IMG/VR virus record: IMGVR_UViG_3300028888_000061
Location: 1 to 64,000 of that record
Reading direction: 5' to 3' (one strand)
DNA from: a virus
Taxonomy: Duplodnaviria > Caudoviricetes
Length of the DNA: 64,000 nt
The notes beneath the pieces were generated by a model. The model did not search any database. It was not told where the DNA came from and worked only from the letters and a program-made list of their open reading frames with translations. The translations under genes and the position numbers were made by a program. Each line of letters opens with the position of its first letter. Position 1 is the first letter of the stretch. Below, piece by piece: positions 1-9,768 of the stretch.

Positions 1-2
1 AC

Positions 3-704
3 GATGCAGAGGATGTCGATACGAACGGAAACATCACGTTTTCTCTTGCACCAGGACTTCTTACGGATGCGCTTGTACAAATAGTGTATGCCCTGTTAGG
101 TATTTACAATGTTGCGATTCCAGTCACTACATACACGTTGTCCTCTCTCATTAAGTACAGGGACATGTACGTGAAAGAGCACAAGGGCGAATCATGGGTT
201 TTGTCAGACACGCAAAGGGACAAGTATGTACACTATCTTGAGAATGGGTATCTTCCGATAGACAACTTCATGTTTGGACTCATAAACTGGAATGTCGGTT
301 CTGGCTTCCAAAAAGGTGTGTATGACATGAACGTGATGCACTTTGACAACAAACTTACAGAATACACTTTGGGCAACGGTAAAAAAATAAAAGTGTGTTC
401 AATGGAACCAGAAGCAAAAGAGGTGGAGTTCTATGACATATCGTCTGGAAAGGATATCAAGTACAGAGATTTAAACGATTCGGCAACAGGATACTTCACG
501 CAGCTAATGATGGATTTCATCAACCCAGTTACGGCCAGTGTGCTTGACCTTGAACAGATTCCAACAATCATTGCGAAATTCGACACACCTGAATTTGTGT
601 CTTCAGGCAACCCTGCAAACCAGGTACATATTCATTTGAAATACGGTGCTCATCCCTTATATCAGAACATCGGATGTCCGCTTAAAGGCGTAGCGTGGTG
701 CTGA
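3..704 (+). CDS. Hypothetical protein, 5'-truncated by the window edge
   Basis: The frame of ORF 84..704 is open back to position 3. No family recognised; an HxH (HIHL) motif lies near the C-terminus. Confidence 0.6.
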   Translation, partial: DAEDVDTNGNITFSLAPGLLTDALVQIVYALLGIYNVAIPVTTYTLSSLIKYRDMYVKEHKGESWVLSDTQRDKYVHYLENGYLPIDNFMFGLINWNVGSGFQKGVYDMNVMHFDNKLTEYTLGNGKKIKVCSMEPEAKEVEFYDISSGKDIKYRDLNDSATGYFTQLMMDFINPVTASVLDLEQIPTIIAKFDTPEFVSSGNPANQVHIHLKYGAHPLYQNIGCPLKGVAWC

Positions 705-735
705 ATGTAGTCACTGTCGAAATACGTGGTAAACT
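695..735 (+). promoter_or_regulatory. Phage promoter motif copy 1 (GTGGTGCTG-N26-TAAACT)
   Basis: Box 695-703, extended -10 TGG-TAAACT ending 735, upstream of the FEN gene. Confidence 0.75.
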
Positions 736-785
736 TAAAACTTCGCAACGTGCTTCTATAAGGACAAATCTCGGAGAGACACACA

Positions 786-2048
786 ATGAAAGACCTGACA
801 ACGTTACTTCAAAACTTCAACAACTCGTTAAAGGACGGCTCAATGCCGTCACCAAACAGGCCATTGTTCAGTTTTCGTGAAAATACAAGAAATGCGAAGG
901 TTTCAAGTGAACATGATGAACAGTGTAAGACACAAGACACCAATGACCGGGAAGGCAAATTCATCACCTGCTTTACGGATTACATCAAAGACAGACGTTC
1001 GTTCATCCTTGATTTGTCGTATCTGTTGTACTACGGATATTTCCGAAGTGGTTCACAGGTGTGGAAAGATACGCAGTTCGTTGTCGAGTTGATTACTGGA
1101 ATCTTGTCACATGGACATGAGGTTTACATTGCTGTTGATGGCAAACCTGTACGTAAGCAGATTAACAAGCATTACAAGGAGAACAGAAAGCACACTTACA
1201 ATATACGTGAAAACATGCCACCGCTTCTGGCAGAACTTTCGATGTATAACCGTGTGCATATTCACTACAACCCAGAACTTGAAGCAGACGACATTATCTT
1301 TACGCTTAATCGATTACTTCCGGGTAAGAAGGTTATTGTGACCTCTGACAATGACATGTTCCAGTGTCTTGGAAGCGACACGATTATTGATACAGGCAAA
1401 CAAATCGTCGATTGCCTGTCGTATATGGAACAGTTTGCAGAAAAGTTCCACAAAGTTCCCATTGACAGACTTCCGATGTATCGTGCAATCGTTGGCGACA
1501 GCAGCGATAATATTAAGGCGGCGATTGCACGATTCCCTCACAAACTGGCAGCACAGTTCATCACCTCTCTCGATATGGACACTTCGGTTTTCCCATCACA
1601 TGAATCCTTGGTTGTTGCCAGTGATGCTTTCAAGAAAAGAAACAGGCTGAAAGTGACCGAATGTCGATGGATAGACCGTTTACTGTCAACCGATGTCGTT
1701 GTACCTGACAAGGCACCAAAACAAAGTAAAGAAGTACAAGAGGTCTTAACAGAAGATGATTTGGAATTGCTGCCAAAAGAGCTACGACCCTTAAAGTTGT
1801 CAGAAATCGGAACTTGTGAAGATAAGTCCATTGTGACTGACGACACTGTTCAGGATGACGAAGACGTAGAACCAAAATCGTCTTTTGAAAAGTGGCAGGA
1901 AAACTTTTCACTGATGAAACTGAGAGCTTACACATGGAAGGAAATTAACCAAACTCCAAGGATGGAGTTTGGAGAGATGCCGTATGAAATCACGCAGCAA
2001 ATCTCCAAACTGTCACGGGCGAATGCGTCATTCTCATCGCTCGTATAA
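786..2048 (+). CDS. 5'-3' exonuclease / flap endonuclease (T4 RNase H / PolI N-terminal family)
   Basis: Motifs ILDLS, AVDG, YKENRK, LEADDII, TSDNDMFQ, IVGDSSDNI. Confidence 0.9.
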   Translation: MKDLTTLLQNFNNSLKDGSMPSPNRPLFSFRENTRNAKVSSEHDEQCKTQDTNDREGKFITCFTDYIKDRRSFILDLSYLLYYGYFRSGSQVWKDTQFVVELITGILSHGHEVYIAVDGKPVRKQINKHYKENRKHTYNIRENMPPLLAELSMYNRVHIHYNPELEADDIIFTLNRLLPGKKVIVTSDNDMFQCLGSDTIIDTGKQIVDCLSYMEQFAEKFHKVPIDRLPMYRAIVGDSSDNIKAAIARFPHKLAAQFITSLDMDTSVFPSHESLVVASDAFKKRNRLKVTECRWIDRLLSTDVVVPDKAPKQSKEVQEVLTEDDLELLPKELRPLKLSEIGTCEDKSIVTDDTVQDDEDVEPKSSFEKWQENFSLMKLRAYTWKEINQTPRMEFGEMPYEITQQISKLSRANASFSSLV

Positions 2049-2879
2049 GCGTTCGTCAATAAGACGGTTTGCACTCTGTTCATCGTATCCGAACTGTACG
2101 AGCAAACTGACCATTAGAGGAATTAACGATTCCTTGTCTATTTCACCATTTTCAAGGTACGATGGGATTATAGGTAACATGGCGTGCGGACCGTTCTTGG
2201 CGCAGTAGATAAGAAACTTGGCATGAAGTTCAGCCCACTGGATGATCTCATGTGCATCCAGTGTTCCATGGTGCAGACGTACTTCTAACGTACCGTGAAT
2301 GCCTCGTGAAGTTAATGCAAGATATTTGTTCTTTTCATACATTCCGTCAATGTACCGCCCGCAAAACGGATTCCACCCACGGTCTTTCTTAACAAGGTTG
2401 TTGAACAGGAACGGTTGGAGTTTGGAATACAACCACACGACAGAATCCATGAACGATGATACCGTGTTACCATTACGGAGAGGGTCTTTGTGTGTAAGAC
2501 CGACGAGATTACCAAAATGGACATGCGTGCCACACGTCTCATCCACGTGACCGCAGAGAATATCACGGATGCCTGACAGTACTATTTCAATCTGAGCGAA
2601 CTCATCTGTGTGCAGTATAGGACTTACCATCTCGTACCCGAACAGTCCGTTATCTGAGAGCTTACCTGTCTTATCGCCGCCGACTGAACTGTCAGCTCCG
2701 AGCGTCCAGGCATTTGTTTCATTGTCACCGTATTTACCGGTGAATACGTATGGAATACCTTGGTCTTCCATGTATGCTTTGAACCGTTTACGTGCCGACA
2801 GTTTTGCATTACCAATGAACTCGAACTCGAATCCATAGGTGAGACTCTCAGGTTTAAGGTCTAAAGATTTAGCGAACAT
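2034..2879 (-). CDS. Putative amidoligase (COOH-NH2 ligase type 2)
   Basis: TYGFEFEF, YEMVSPIL, TCGTHVHFG, GTLEVRLHHGTLD. Confidence 0.85.
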   Translation of the reverse strand: MFAKSLDLKPESLTYGFEFEFIGNAKLSARKRFKAYMEDQGIPYVFTGKYGDNETNAWTLGADSSVGGDKTGKLSDNGLFGYEMVSPILHTDEFAQIEIVLSGIRDILCGHVDETCGTHVHFGNLVGLTHKDPLRNGNTVSSFMDSVVWLYSKLQPFLFNNLVKKDRGWNPFCGRYIDGMYEKNKYLALTSRGIHGTLEVRLHHGTLDAHEIIQWAELHAKFLIYCAKNGPHAMLPIIPSYLENGEIDKESLIPLMVSLLVQFGYDEQSANRLIDERLYER

Positions 2880-2949
2880 GAAATTTTTGTCCTTTCATTT
2901 AAGAAACTTCGTGTGTCGGTCAAAAGAGACACGACAATTTGAACATCAC

Positions 2950-2990
2950 TCTATAACATACGGACATGAAACATGTAGAAACAGCACCAC
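2950..2990 (-). promoter_or_regulatory. Phage promoter motif copy 2
   Basis: GTGGTGCTG (2990-2982), N26, TGT-TATAGA; upstream of the amidoligase. Confidence 0.7.
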
Positions 2991-3051
2991 ACTCGAACTA
3001 TCAATACTCTTCGAGAAATCTTGATGTTTTCTTTTCGTTTTGGAGTGGACA

Positions 3052-4596
3052 ATGGCAGCACAAGGAATCATTACGGCAGCACAACTCACGAAAACCGGGC
3101 GCATGGCTATGGCCGCCTCTTTCGGATACGACATGGTAAATAAAAAAGCCGTTTACCGAGGAATTACCTTTACAGGTGGTGGCGTGTCGGAACTTCCGAT
3201 AGACGACATTGATAATGCAGGTGTGGAATCTTTTTCTGCAAGCGAGGGAAAGATTCGGAACATAGTCTCTGTCGGAAACACACTTCGAGTTTACGTATCG
3301 TTCCAAGGAAATGGAATCGTAGCCCGCATCTTTTCTCTTCACTGCATGTACAAGAGTAAAAATGTCGTGTTCGCAGTATGTGACACTGGGGATGATGGGA
3401 TAACTTTGAGTACGCAAATGACAATTTGCTTCTCTATGATGATTGCTCAAAAAGCCGAGGATGACACGGTCTCGGAAATGTCCTTCGTCAACGGTGTCAA
3501 TGCAACTGTTGAAGACGTAAGTGCCGTAAGTTCTTATGTTGAAGAACAGATTACAGAAATCATCGAAAAAGTTGAGAACCTCGAAACAGGGTATTCAAAT
3601 CTCGGAACTTCACTAACGACATCTGCGGTAAATGCAGACACAGCAAACTTGAATAAAATGACAGTGACGGACACAGCCACCTGTAATATAGTGAAGTTCA
3701 CAGAACTGATGCCTGTAAAGGAATCCAACACAGACGGTAACATCGGCAAACTCGACCTGCCTGTAAACTCTATTACATCTGCTTCCTATGTGGGTCGTAC
3801 AGCCTTAAATGAGAATTTTGGAATCTTGTATGACCCTTATGTGAACTACCCGATAGGAGACTCATACAAGAGCATTAAAGCTGAAAGCACCCCTGATGCC
3901 GTTTTGTGTTCTGTTTCAAGCACCCTGAACATGGAAGAAGCATCTCACGCTGAACTTGTCCTTACTGGCCATTCAACCACAAAGGACACGGTGTCTCCGA
4001 AAGTCGTGTTACGTGCAACCCAGGACAGCGTAACAACAGAACTGTCCGTTACACATGAACGAATATCCGCGAACGGTGATTTCTGTGTGAATGGTTCGAC
4101 AGAACTTAAAGATACCTCAATCACGACTTTGGATATCGGGCATCTGCATATCACCGGTAATTACATTTCAGTTCCTTACTTTAACGGGTCGTCAGTATCT
4201 GCAATCTCAGATACGACAGGGGTAAACCCTCTAAATGTACAGGCACGAGTGCTTCCCTCCGGGAACAAAGCGTGTATTGGTTCATCTGAAAAACGATGGA
4301 AGCTGTATGCAGAGCAAGCCAGTGTTACAGGACTTTCGTTTGAGAAGCTGCCTGAAAAAACAGGTGTGGGTAACACACAGAAGGTTTCATTTCCGAAAGG
4401 GTGCATTACAATGCTTTGCACGCCGACGAGGGAAGTTGGTGTGTGCGATATGCTCAATGGTGAAACCGAGCCGTTACGAATATGGCATGATGCAGGCGGC
4501 TCTGCATCAGGTACACTGGTTCAGACAAAGAACAAATTTATTGCAATGTCCGGAGCTGTTGCTGGAAGACCTTTCCTTGCTTTATGTATCGAATGA
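3052..4596 (+). CDS. Tail fibre / collar-like protein
   Basis: N-terminal LTKTGR baseplate-anchor-like motif, coiled segment, beta-rich body with IGSSEKRW; C-terminal module resembles those of the 28656 and 38161 proteins. Confidence 0.55.
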   Translation: MAAQGIITAAQLTKTGRMAMAASFGYDMVNKKAVYRGITFTGGGVSELPIDDIDNAGVESFSASEGKIRNIVSVGNTLRVYVSFQGNGIVARIFSLHCMYKSKNVVFAVCDTGDDGITLSTQMTICFSMMIAQKAEDDTVSEMSFVNGVNATVEDVSAVSSYVEEQITEIIEKVENLETGYSNLGTSLTTSAVNADTANLNKMTVTDTATCNIVKFTELMPVKESNTDGNIGKLDLPVNSITSASYVGRTALNENFGILYDPYVNYPIGDSYKSIKAESTPDAVLCSVSSTLNMEEASHAELVLTGHSTTKDTVSPKVVLRATQDSVTTELSVTHERISANGDFCVNGSTELKDTSITTLDIGHLHITGNYISVPYFNGSSVSAISDTTGVNPLNVQARVLPSGNKACIGSSEKRWKLYAEQASVTGLSFEKLPEKTGVGNTQKVSFPKGCITMLCTPTREVGVCDMLNGETEPLRIWHDAGGSASGTLVQTKNKFIAMSGAVAGRPFLALCIE

Positions 4597-4730
4597 GCTT
4601 CTTAAACAGGTTCGTTTTCATACTGGTCTTTATATCTAAACAAATGCAACGTATGCGCGGCACGTTAAAACTGCAAAAGACGTTGTCGCAAATCTTCGTT
4701 CGTTTCGCGAAATGTAGAAGGAGAAAAATT

Positions 4731-5477
4731 ATGCTTTTTAACGGACTTAATCTTACCCCCAAAGGTCGTCAACTGGCTGAACTCAAAGATATGGAGAACA
4801 TCCATGTTGGCCGCATTATCATTAACACAGCTACGGAACTTGCTGATTTGTCAGACCCGGCTGCTCTCGCTGAGAAAACAAACATTGCCGGTCTGTCCGT
4901 GATGTTTGCCGGTTGGCACAGCATTCGTGGTGGCGTACAACTCAATGTTCGCTTCCAGGTGAATGGCGAGAAAGCAAACGATGGTACAGGTGAAGCCGCA
5001 ATGAGCGTTCTGGACACAAAAACCACGCCTCTCCGTCTCGCCGTCCTCGCCGATGATGAAATCATCGCTTCTGAGAACGTCGAAACCGGTGAAGTGTCGT
5101 ATCGTGTCATTCGTAAGAAAGACGCTACGGTTCTTGGTTGGGCAGACGTTGTTGAAAAAGCTGAATGGACAACGAAATCTCCAAGCGGGATTGTCTTTGA
5201 TGCCGTGATTACTGCCAAAGGTGAACTTCCTTCACGCTGCAATGTGAAAGATGTTCTTCGTTGCCCGTATCTGTCCAATACCCAGATTAGCAACAATGAC
5301 ATTTGCAATCACGACCTTGCACCTTCGTCCATCAGTCCTCGTAACCCTGATAAAGAAAACGATGTTCCTGTTGCCGAAGCTAAACAGCAGCCTCGTGTCG
5401 AACCCGAAAGTGGTGAAGAAGAAGGCGCTGGTGAAGGCGGTGAAGGTGGAGAAGGTGGTGAAGGCGGAACTCCGTAA
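4731..5477 (+). CDS. Tail-associated hypothetical protein with (EGG)n C-terminus
   Basis: AAGGAG RBS before ATG 4731; LNLTPKGRQ N-terminal motif; low-complexity tail. Confidence 0.55.
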   Translation: MLFNGLNLTPKGRQLAELKDMENIHVGRIIINTATELADLSDPAALAEKTNIAGLSVMFAGWHSIRGGVQLNVRFQVNGEKANDGTGEAAMSVLDTKTTPLRLAVLADDEIIASENVETGEVSYRVIRKKDATVLGWADVVEKAEWTTKSPSGIVFDAVITAKGELPSRCNVKDVLRCPYLSNTQISNNDICNHDLAPSSISPRNPDKENDVPVAEAKQQPRVEPESGEEEGAGEGGEGGEGGEGGTP

Positions 5478-5497
5478 TAGCAACGCTGGTTATCTGT

Positions 5498-5545
5498 AAA
5501 ATAAAAACTCCCTAACGGATTGATTCTGTTAGGGAGTTTTTATTT
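5498..5545. terminator. Bidirectional intrinsic terminator
   Basis: AAATAAAAACTCCCTAAC...GTTAGGGAGTTTTTATTT between convergent genes; further hairpins to about 5635. Confidence 0.8.
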
Positions 5546-5643
5546 ATGTGACTATCAAATAATACGCACGTTGGGGCAAGATTATGCCCCTGCTTGCCCC
5601 AACCGAAAGCACGGAATCTCTTTCCGTGCTTTTCCTTTATCAG

Positions 5644-6387
5644 TTAGTCTCTACGAATTTCAAAGATACCGTCATCAGTCTGAACAAATTCAAAGTCCAT
5701 TTTAAGGTCACTGCCAAATGACTCATAGTCGAAGTAACGTTTAATGTTTTCCTCTCCGACGCCTTCCCATCCAATAGAATCTACAGCAGCTTCACCAATT
5801 TCTTCATCTGATGCATCCTCGTCACCACACCAGTATTCACCGGCTGTCTCAGGGTCGTCATTGTCCATTGGGTAATATTCCAAACGAATATCACGTCCAA
5901 ATGATTCATAATCGAAGTAGTTCGATGCGTTTGACAAGTTCTCAAACCCGAGAGAGTCAACAAAATACCATCCGATTTCTTCATCCATTTTGTGCGAGTA
6001 CTTCTCGTCACTGATTTTGCTGATGGAGTCTGATTCAACGAGGTCTAAAGCATCATTAAAGTCACTCGTATATTCCATTGCGGCTTTGAACTCTTCTTCT
6101 TTGTCATCATCAACGACACGTTCAAGGGCTTCTGCGTATTCATTTACGTCATCAAGACTCATATACTCACCGAGATTCTTGAGTTCAACCCAATCATAGT
6201 CCGTATCCCAGTCCGTGAAAAACCATTCCTCGTACACGGAACCGTCACCTCTATCTTCACCGATACCCACCTGTTTCAGGTAATCCTGGAAGTCATCCTC
6301 ATCACAAGGAAAAGGTACCCATACGTATTCAAGGTCACCTTCGTTGTACTTCCCAAGATTTGTCAATGCACCGCGTAATACGTCCAT
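5644..6387 (-). CDS. ardA: Antirestriction protein ArdA (type I RM DNA mimic), extended
   Basis: LTNLGKYNEG-L...W...P, YEEWFFTDWD, LGEY, YFDYESFGRD (twice); extremely acidic. Confidence 0.9.
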   Translation of the reverse strand: MDVLRGALTNLGKYNEGDLEYVWVPFPCDEDDFQDYLKQVGIGEDRGDGSVYEEWFFTDWDTDYDWVELKNLGEYMSLDDVNEYAEALERVVDDDKEEEFKAAMEYTSDFNDALDLVESDSISKISDEKYSHKMDEEIGWYFVDSLGFENLSNASNYFDYESFGRDIRLEYYPMDNDDPETAGEYWCGDEDASDEEIGEAAVDSIGWEGVGEENIKRYFDYESFGSDLKMDFEFVQTDDGIFEIRRD

Positions 6388-6506
6388 AGTCTTATCTCCT
6401 GTATTGTATTGGACTGCTTTATATGCAAGAAAGCACTTTACAGTACACGGATTTGATAGGCTGAACAGACACACAAACAGGTATGTCTGTTCAGTTAGTG
6501 TGTTAT

Positions 6507-7439
6507 CTACATCTTAACTTCGTAACTGTCGGAGCATTTGCTTAAATCGCCGTCAAATTTACACAAGTTCATATAAGGGCATTTGCCGTACTTCGAGCAT
6601 TCACAGGTGTTCGGGTAAAAAACCTTGCAGGACATGATATCCGAAGCAATGGCTAAGATATTCGACGCCGCTGTGTTGAGCTGTGCATCACTAAACGTAA
6701 TGAAAAATTTCCGCAAGGACTCTTTTGGGTATTCATCTACCATACGTTGGATGTACTCTTCACGAGTTTCACCAACTTTACGTTTCAGGTCAGCTTTTCC
6801 TTTACGTGCCGCATTACGTTCGGCATACTCAGCATCCGTTTCACCGACACGGATTTTGTGTTGCGGTCTTGTCATTGTGTTGATGATGACGCCTGTAATT
6901 TCGACACCGAGTAGCTGCTGTGCCGCCATCACCTGCATACGGATGTCATTGTCGATAAAGAACTTGGTTAAAAAGTCATCCGTTATCGCCGTAGATGAAG
7001 ACTTGTTGACGACAAGGAAATATTTACCTTGGTCTTTGTACGCTACGTAATCAATATACGTGCGATAAATGACGTTAGGTGACAAGGGGACTTCTACACA
7101 AGCATTAACAGAGGAATCCACGACCTGCCATTTGTCGTTATCGACGTTGTAATATCGTGCAGCATACGCTCTGAAAGCCGCCTCAACCTGAGCACTTCCT
7201 GCTTCGTCAAGCCCATAGGTAGATATGATTTCAACACCTCGTACAAGTGCGTCATCTAAAGGCAATCCGTCATTGAAACTTTTAGCTAATGACGTTACGG
7301 CTTTCGACAGTGCAACGGCATTATCATAGCTTTTTGACATCTCTACGGGAGAAATGTGCTTGTTGATTTTGTAGTCATACTGACGACGACAGGAACAAAA
7401 AGAATTGAGTGAACTGCTTGTAAGAGTGATTTTACACAT
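6507..7439 (-). CDS. PD-(D/E)XK / Cas4-RecB-like nuclease-fold protein, possibly inactive
   Basis: S-S-LN-F--C-R-Y N-terminus, QVMAA, C-terminal C...CPYMNLC cluster; catalytic motif III reads VNK. Confidence 0.7.
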   Translation of the reverse strand: MCKITLTSSSLNSFCSCRRQYDYKINKHISPVEMSKSYDNAVALSKAVTSLAKSFNDGLPLDDALVRGVEIISTYGLDEAGSAQVEAAFRAYAARYYNVDNDKWQVVDSSVNACVEVPLSPNVIYRTYIDYVAYKDQGKYFLVVNKSSSTAITDDFLTKFFIDNDIRMQVMAAQQLLGVEITGVIINTMTRPQHKIRVGETDAEYAERNAARKGKADLKRKVGETREEYIQRMVDEYPKESLRKFFITFSDAQLNTAASNILAIASDIMSCKVFYPNTCECSKYGKCPYMNLCKFDGDLSKCSDSYEVKM

Positions 7440-7529
7440 ACCTCGAATCTCCTTATGATTCATGTGGAGGTTACGTCACGAGAGCCGAACTCGTAATGAG
7501 TCCGTGCCCTAACCCTCGTGACAAAAGTG

Positions 7530-7570
7530 CTTATACCACACACAAGTTTTCAAAGAATCAACAGCACCAT
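7530..7570 (-). promoter_or_regulatory. Phage promoter motif copy 3
   Basis: ATGGTGCTG (7570-7562), N26, TGTGG-TATAAG. Confidence 0.75.
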
Positions 7571-7577
7571 GATTTTT

Positions 7578-8090
7578 TCATAAGTAAGGATGCAGTTCAC
7601 ACATACGTAAAAACCCACTCACGGCTTCTTTGTTGAGCTGACAGAGTTCCGTGCCTGTCATGTCGAACATTCGTCTTGAAGCAACGTAAGCATCATCGTC
7701 ATGGTGTTTGTCCAGAAGATACACGACACGTTTTATCCCTGCCTGAATAATTGCTTTTGCACATTCGTTACAAGGGAACAGTGTGCAGTACAGCGTACAT
7801 CCTTTCACAGACACAATGGAATTGAGGATGCAGTTAAGCTCTGCGTGTACGACGTATGGGTATTTCGTGTCAAGCCACACACCGTCTCTTCCTGCAGGTA
7901 GTTGTTCGTCGTCCACACCTTTTGGAAATCCATTGTACCCGGTTCCGACAATGTGGTTGTCTCCATCGACAAGCACAGCACCGACTTTCGTGTTAAGGTC
8001 TTTGCTTTTCAAAGAAGTAACAAGTGCGATGGACATGAAGAACGCATCCCATCGTTCCTGACTATTACGTTGTTTATTGTCTTCTGACAT
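7578..8090 (-). CDS. dCMP deaminase
   Basis: SKD..TKVGA, GTGYNG, HAELN, LFPCNEC. Confidence 0.95.
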   Translation of the reverse strand: MSEDNKQRNSQERWDAFFMSIALVTSLKSKDLNTKVGAVLVDGDNHIVGTGYNGFPKGVDDEQLPAGRDGVWLDTKYPYVVHAELNCILNSIVSVKGCTLYCTLFPCNECAKAIIQAGIKRVVYLLDKHHDDDAYVASRRMFDMTGTELCQLNKEAVSGFLRMCELHPYL

Positions 8091-8110
8091 CAGCTATCAA
8101 CCTTCAAGAA

Positions 8111-8509
8111 TCAGTCTTCATCATAAGGAATAAAAATAAACTCAGCACATTCTTCACAATTTCCGTTGAAATCGTTGAAAGTCAGCATGAACTGATTACC
8201 GGGTTCGCCGTCAATGAACGTAACTTCGAGGAATGTGTCGTCATCAAGAAAGAAGTTCTCAGCTTTTACCAAAAACTGCTCAACGGTTTGTTTCGCATAC
8301 CGTGCACCGTTGTCAGTTATTTGTAGGTACATTGCACATCCGAGTTCGTTCGCACCACGTTCGATGGCTTTTAGACTTTTACGAAGCATACTAACGCTGT
8401 CCATTCCGAACTCTGCTTGCTTCCTACACACATCATCAAGTGCATAAGCAAGTTCAAGGTCATCGGAATAAACACGCTCATTCTTTTTGGTGTAAGTTTT
8501 GATTGCCAT
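8111..8509 (-). CDS. Hypothetical protein, paralog of 54420..54854
   Basis: Shared IER...LQ...Y....V..FL...F.DGEPG...ML.F...EECA.F..P pattern. Confidence 0.75.
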   Translation of the reverse strand: MAIKTYTKKNERVYSDDLELAYALDDVCRKQAEFGMDSVSMLRKSLKAIERGANELGCAMYLQITDNGARYAKQTVEQFLVKAENFFLDDDTFLEVTFIDGEPGNQFMLTFNDFNGNCEECAEFIFIPYDED

Positions 8510-8530
8510 AACAACTCTCCTTTAAACATG

Positions 8531-9706
8531 TCAGTGGTATTTCAGCAAATACGAAGGCGAAACACACTTGTAATTGATAAGTCCGTCCTGAGAATAAAGA
8601 ACATACCCCTCTATCATCCCATCATCAATGGCAGAATGTTCACTGTCAATCTTACGGATAAGCTCCTCAACAGTAGAGGGTACATGCAATTCCCAATCGA
8701 AAACATGCACCATTTGAAGTCCAAGTTCGGCACATAAAGATTGAGTCTCTTTCATGTTGAGACGTGTTCCGTTAATCCAGATGTGGAATACAGCCAAGTC
8801 CTGTTTGTTCCTAAGACCGTAAGTTCTCTTTTGAACCCGGTCACCGTAGATTTCTCCCTGGATGGCAACTGTTTTTGCGTTGAACTTAGATTTTAAGATT
8901 TCGAGTTTGTGTCTCATGTCGTACTTCTCGGACATGAGCAGCCAGACGTTCTGCTTTATGTAAGCATTACCGTTGGCAATATTTTCAGAACCTTTCACTT
9001 TGCTGGAAAACACAACGACATTATGGGAACACACCAGGTATGTTCCTTTTTCGTCAAGCACATAGCTTGAACTCATTCCGTCAACTTTTTCACTGGCAAC
9101 CCATTTCACGTCAGGACTTTTAAACAAGACCGGAATGTTCTGAACACGTTCGCTCCCTGTACGAGGCAACCACTCAGGCCATTTTATTTTGTCTTTTTTC
9201 TTTACGAAGAGCTTTTTCAAAACCCAACGCACCGCACTGTAACGCATCAGGTATTTAATGATTGGATTCCGGAAAAACTTTTTATGCCTGTCCTGTGCTT
9301 TCGACCATCCATCCGCTTTTGTCTTCTGCTGTTGTTCCTGTACTGATTCCTCAAACAAAGTAACCCGCAGCTGTTTCGTCACAAAGTCACCTTCTTTACA
9401 GTGCTTTAATTCTGGAAAAGACGTAAGCGGCAGAGCAAGACCTTGAGAAACAGTCTTACACATTTTCTGTGTGCGTACACGGTAATTTCGTTTGTCCATG
9501 AAAGCAAAACGATTGTCGTCACGTGGAAGTACAGAATCAATCTCGAAATAGACTGCCAGGTCTCCTGTCTGCATGGATTTTTGTGCGACACACCACCATC
9601 CATTGACATGCACATAATGAACATTGTCATATCCAGGCAACTCTCTTGTTTCAGAAATTCGGACTACGTATGCGAGTTCACGTTCATTCGTTTTGTGGTT
9701 TAGCAT
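8531..9706 (-). CDS. RNA ligase, DRB0094/Rnl2-like with N-terminal OB-like domain
   Basis: GDLAVYFEIDS, SQGL, motif I EKVDG, QGEIYG, IEGYV, YKCVSPSYL. Confidence 0.9.
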   Translation of the reverse strand: MLNHKTNERELAYVVRISETRELPGYDNVHYVHVNGWWCVAQKSMQTGDLAVYFEIDSVLPRDDNRFAFMDKRNYRVRTQKMCKTVSQGLALPLTSFPELKHCKEGDFVTKQLRVTLFEESVQEQQQKTKADGWSKAQDRHKKFFRNPIIKYLMRYSAVRWVLKKLFVKKKDKIKWPEWLPRTGSERVQNIPVLFKSPDVKWVASEKVDGMSSSYVLDEKGTYLVCSHNVVVFSSKVKGSENIANGNAYIKQNVWLLMSEKYDMRHKLEILKSKFNAKTVAIQGEIYGDRVQKRTYGLRNKQDLAVFHIWINGTRLNMKETQSLCAELGLQMVHVFDWELHVPSTVEELIRKIDSEHSAIDDGMIEGYVLYSQDGLINYKCVSPSYLLKYH

Positions 9707-9768
9707 TAAGACCTCCGTGGTATCAAAAATCATGTTAAGTTTCTAGGGGCAAAATAGTGAGGTACTTT

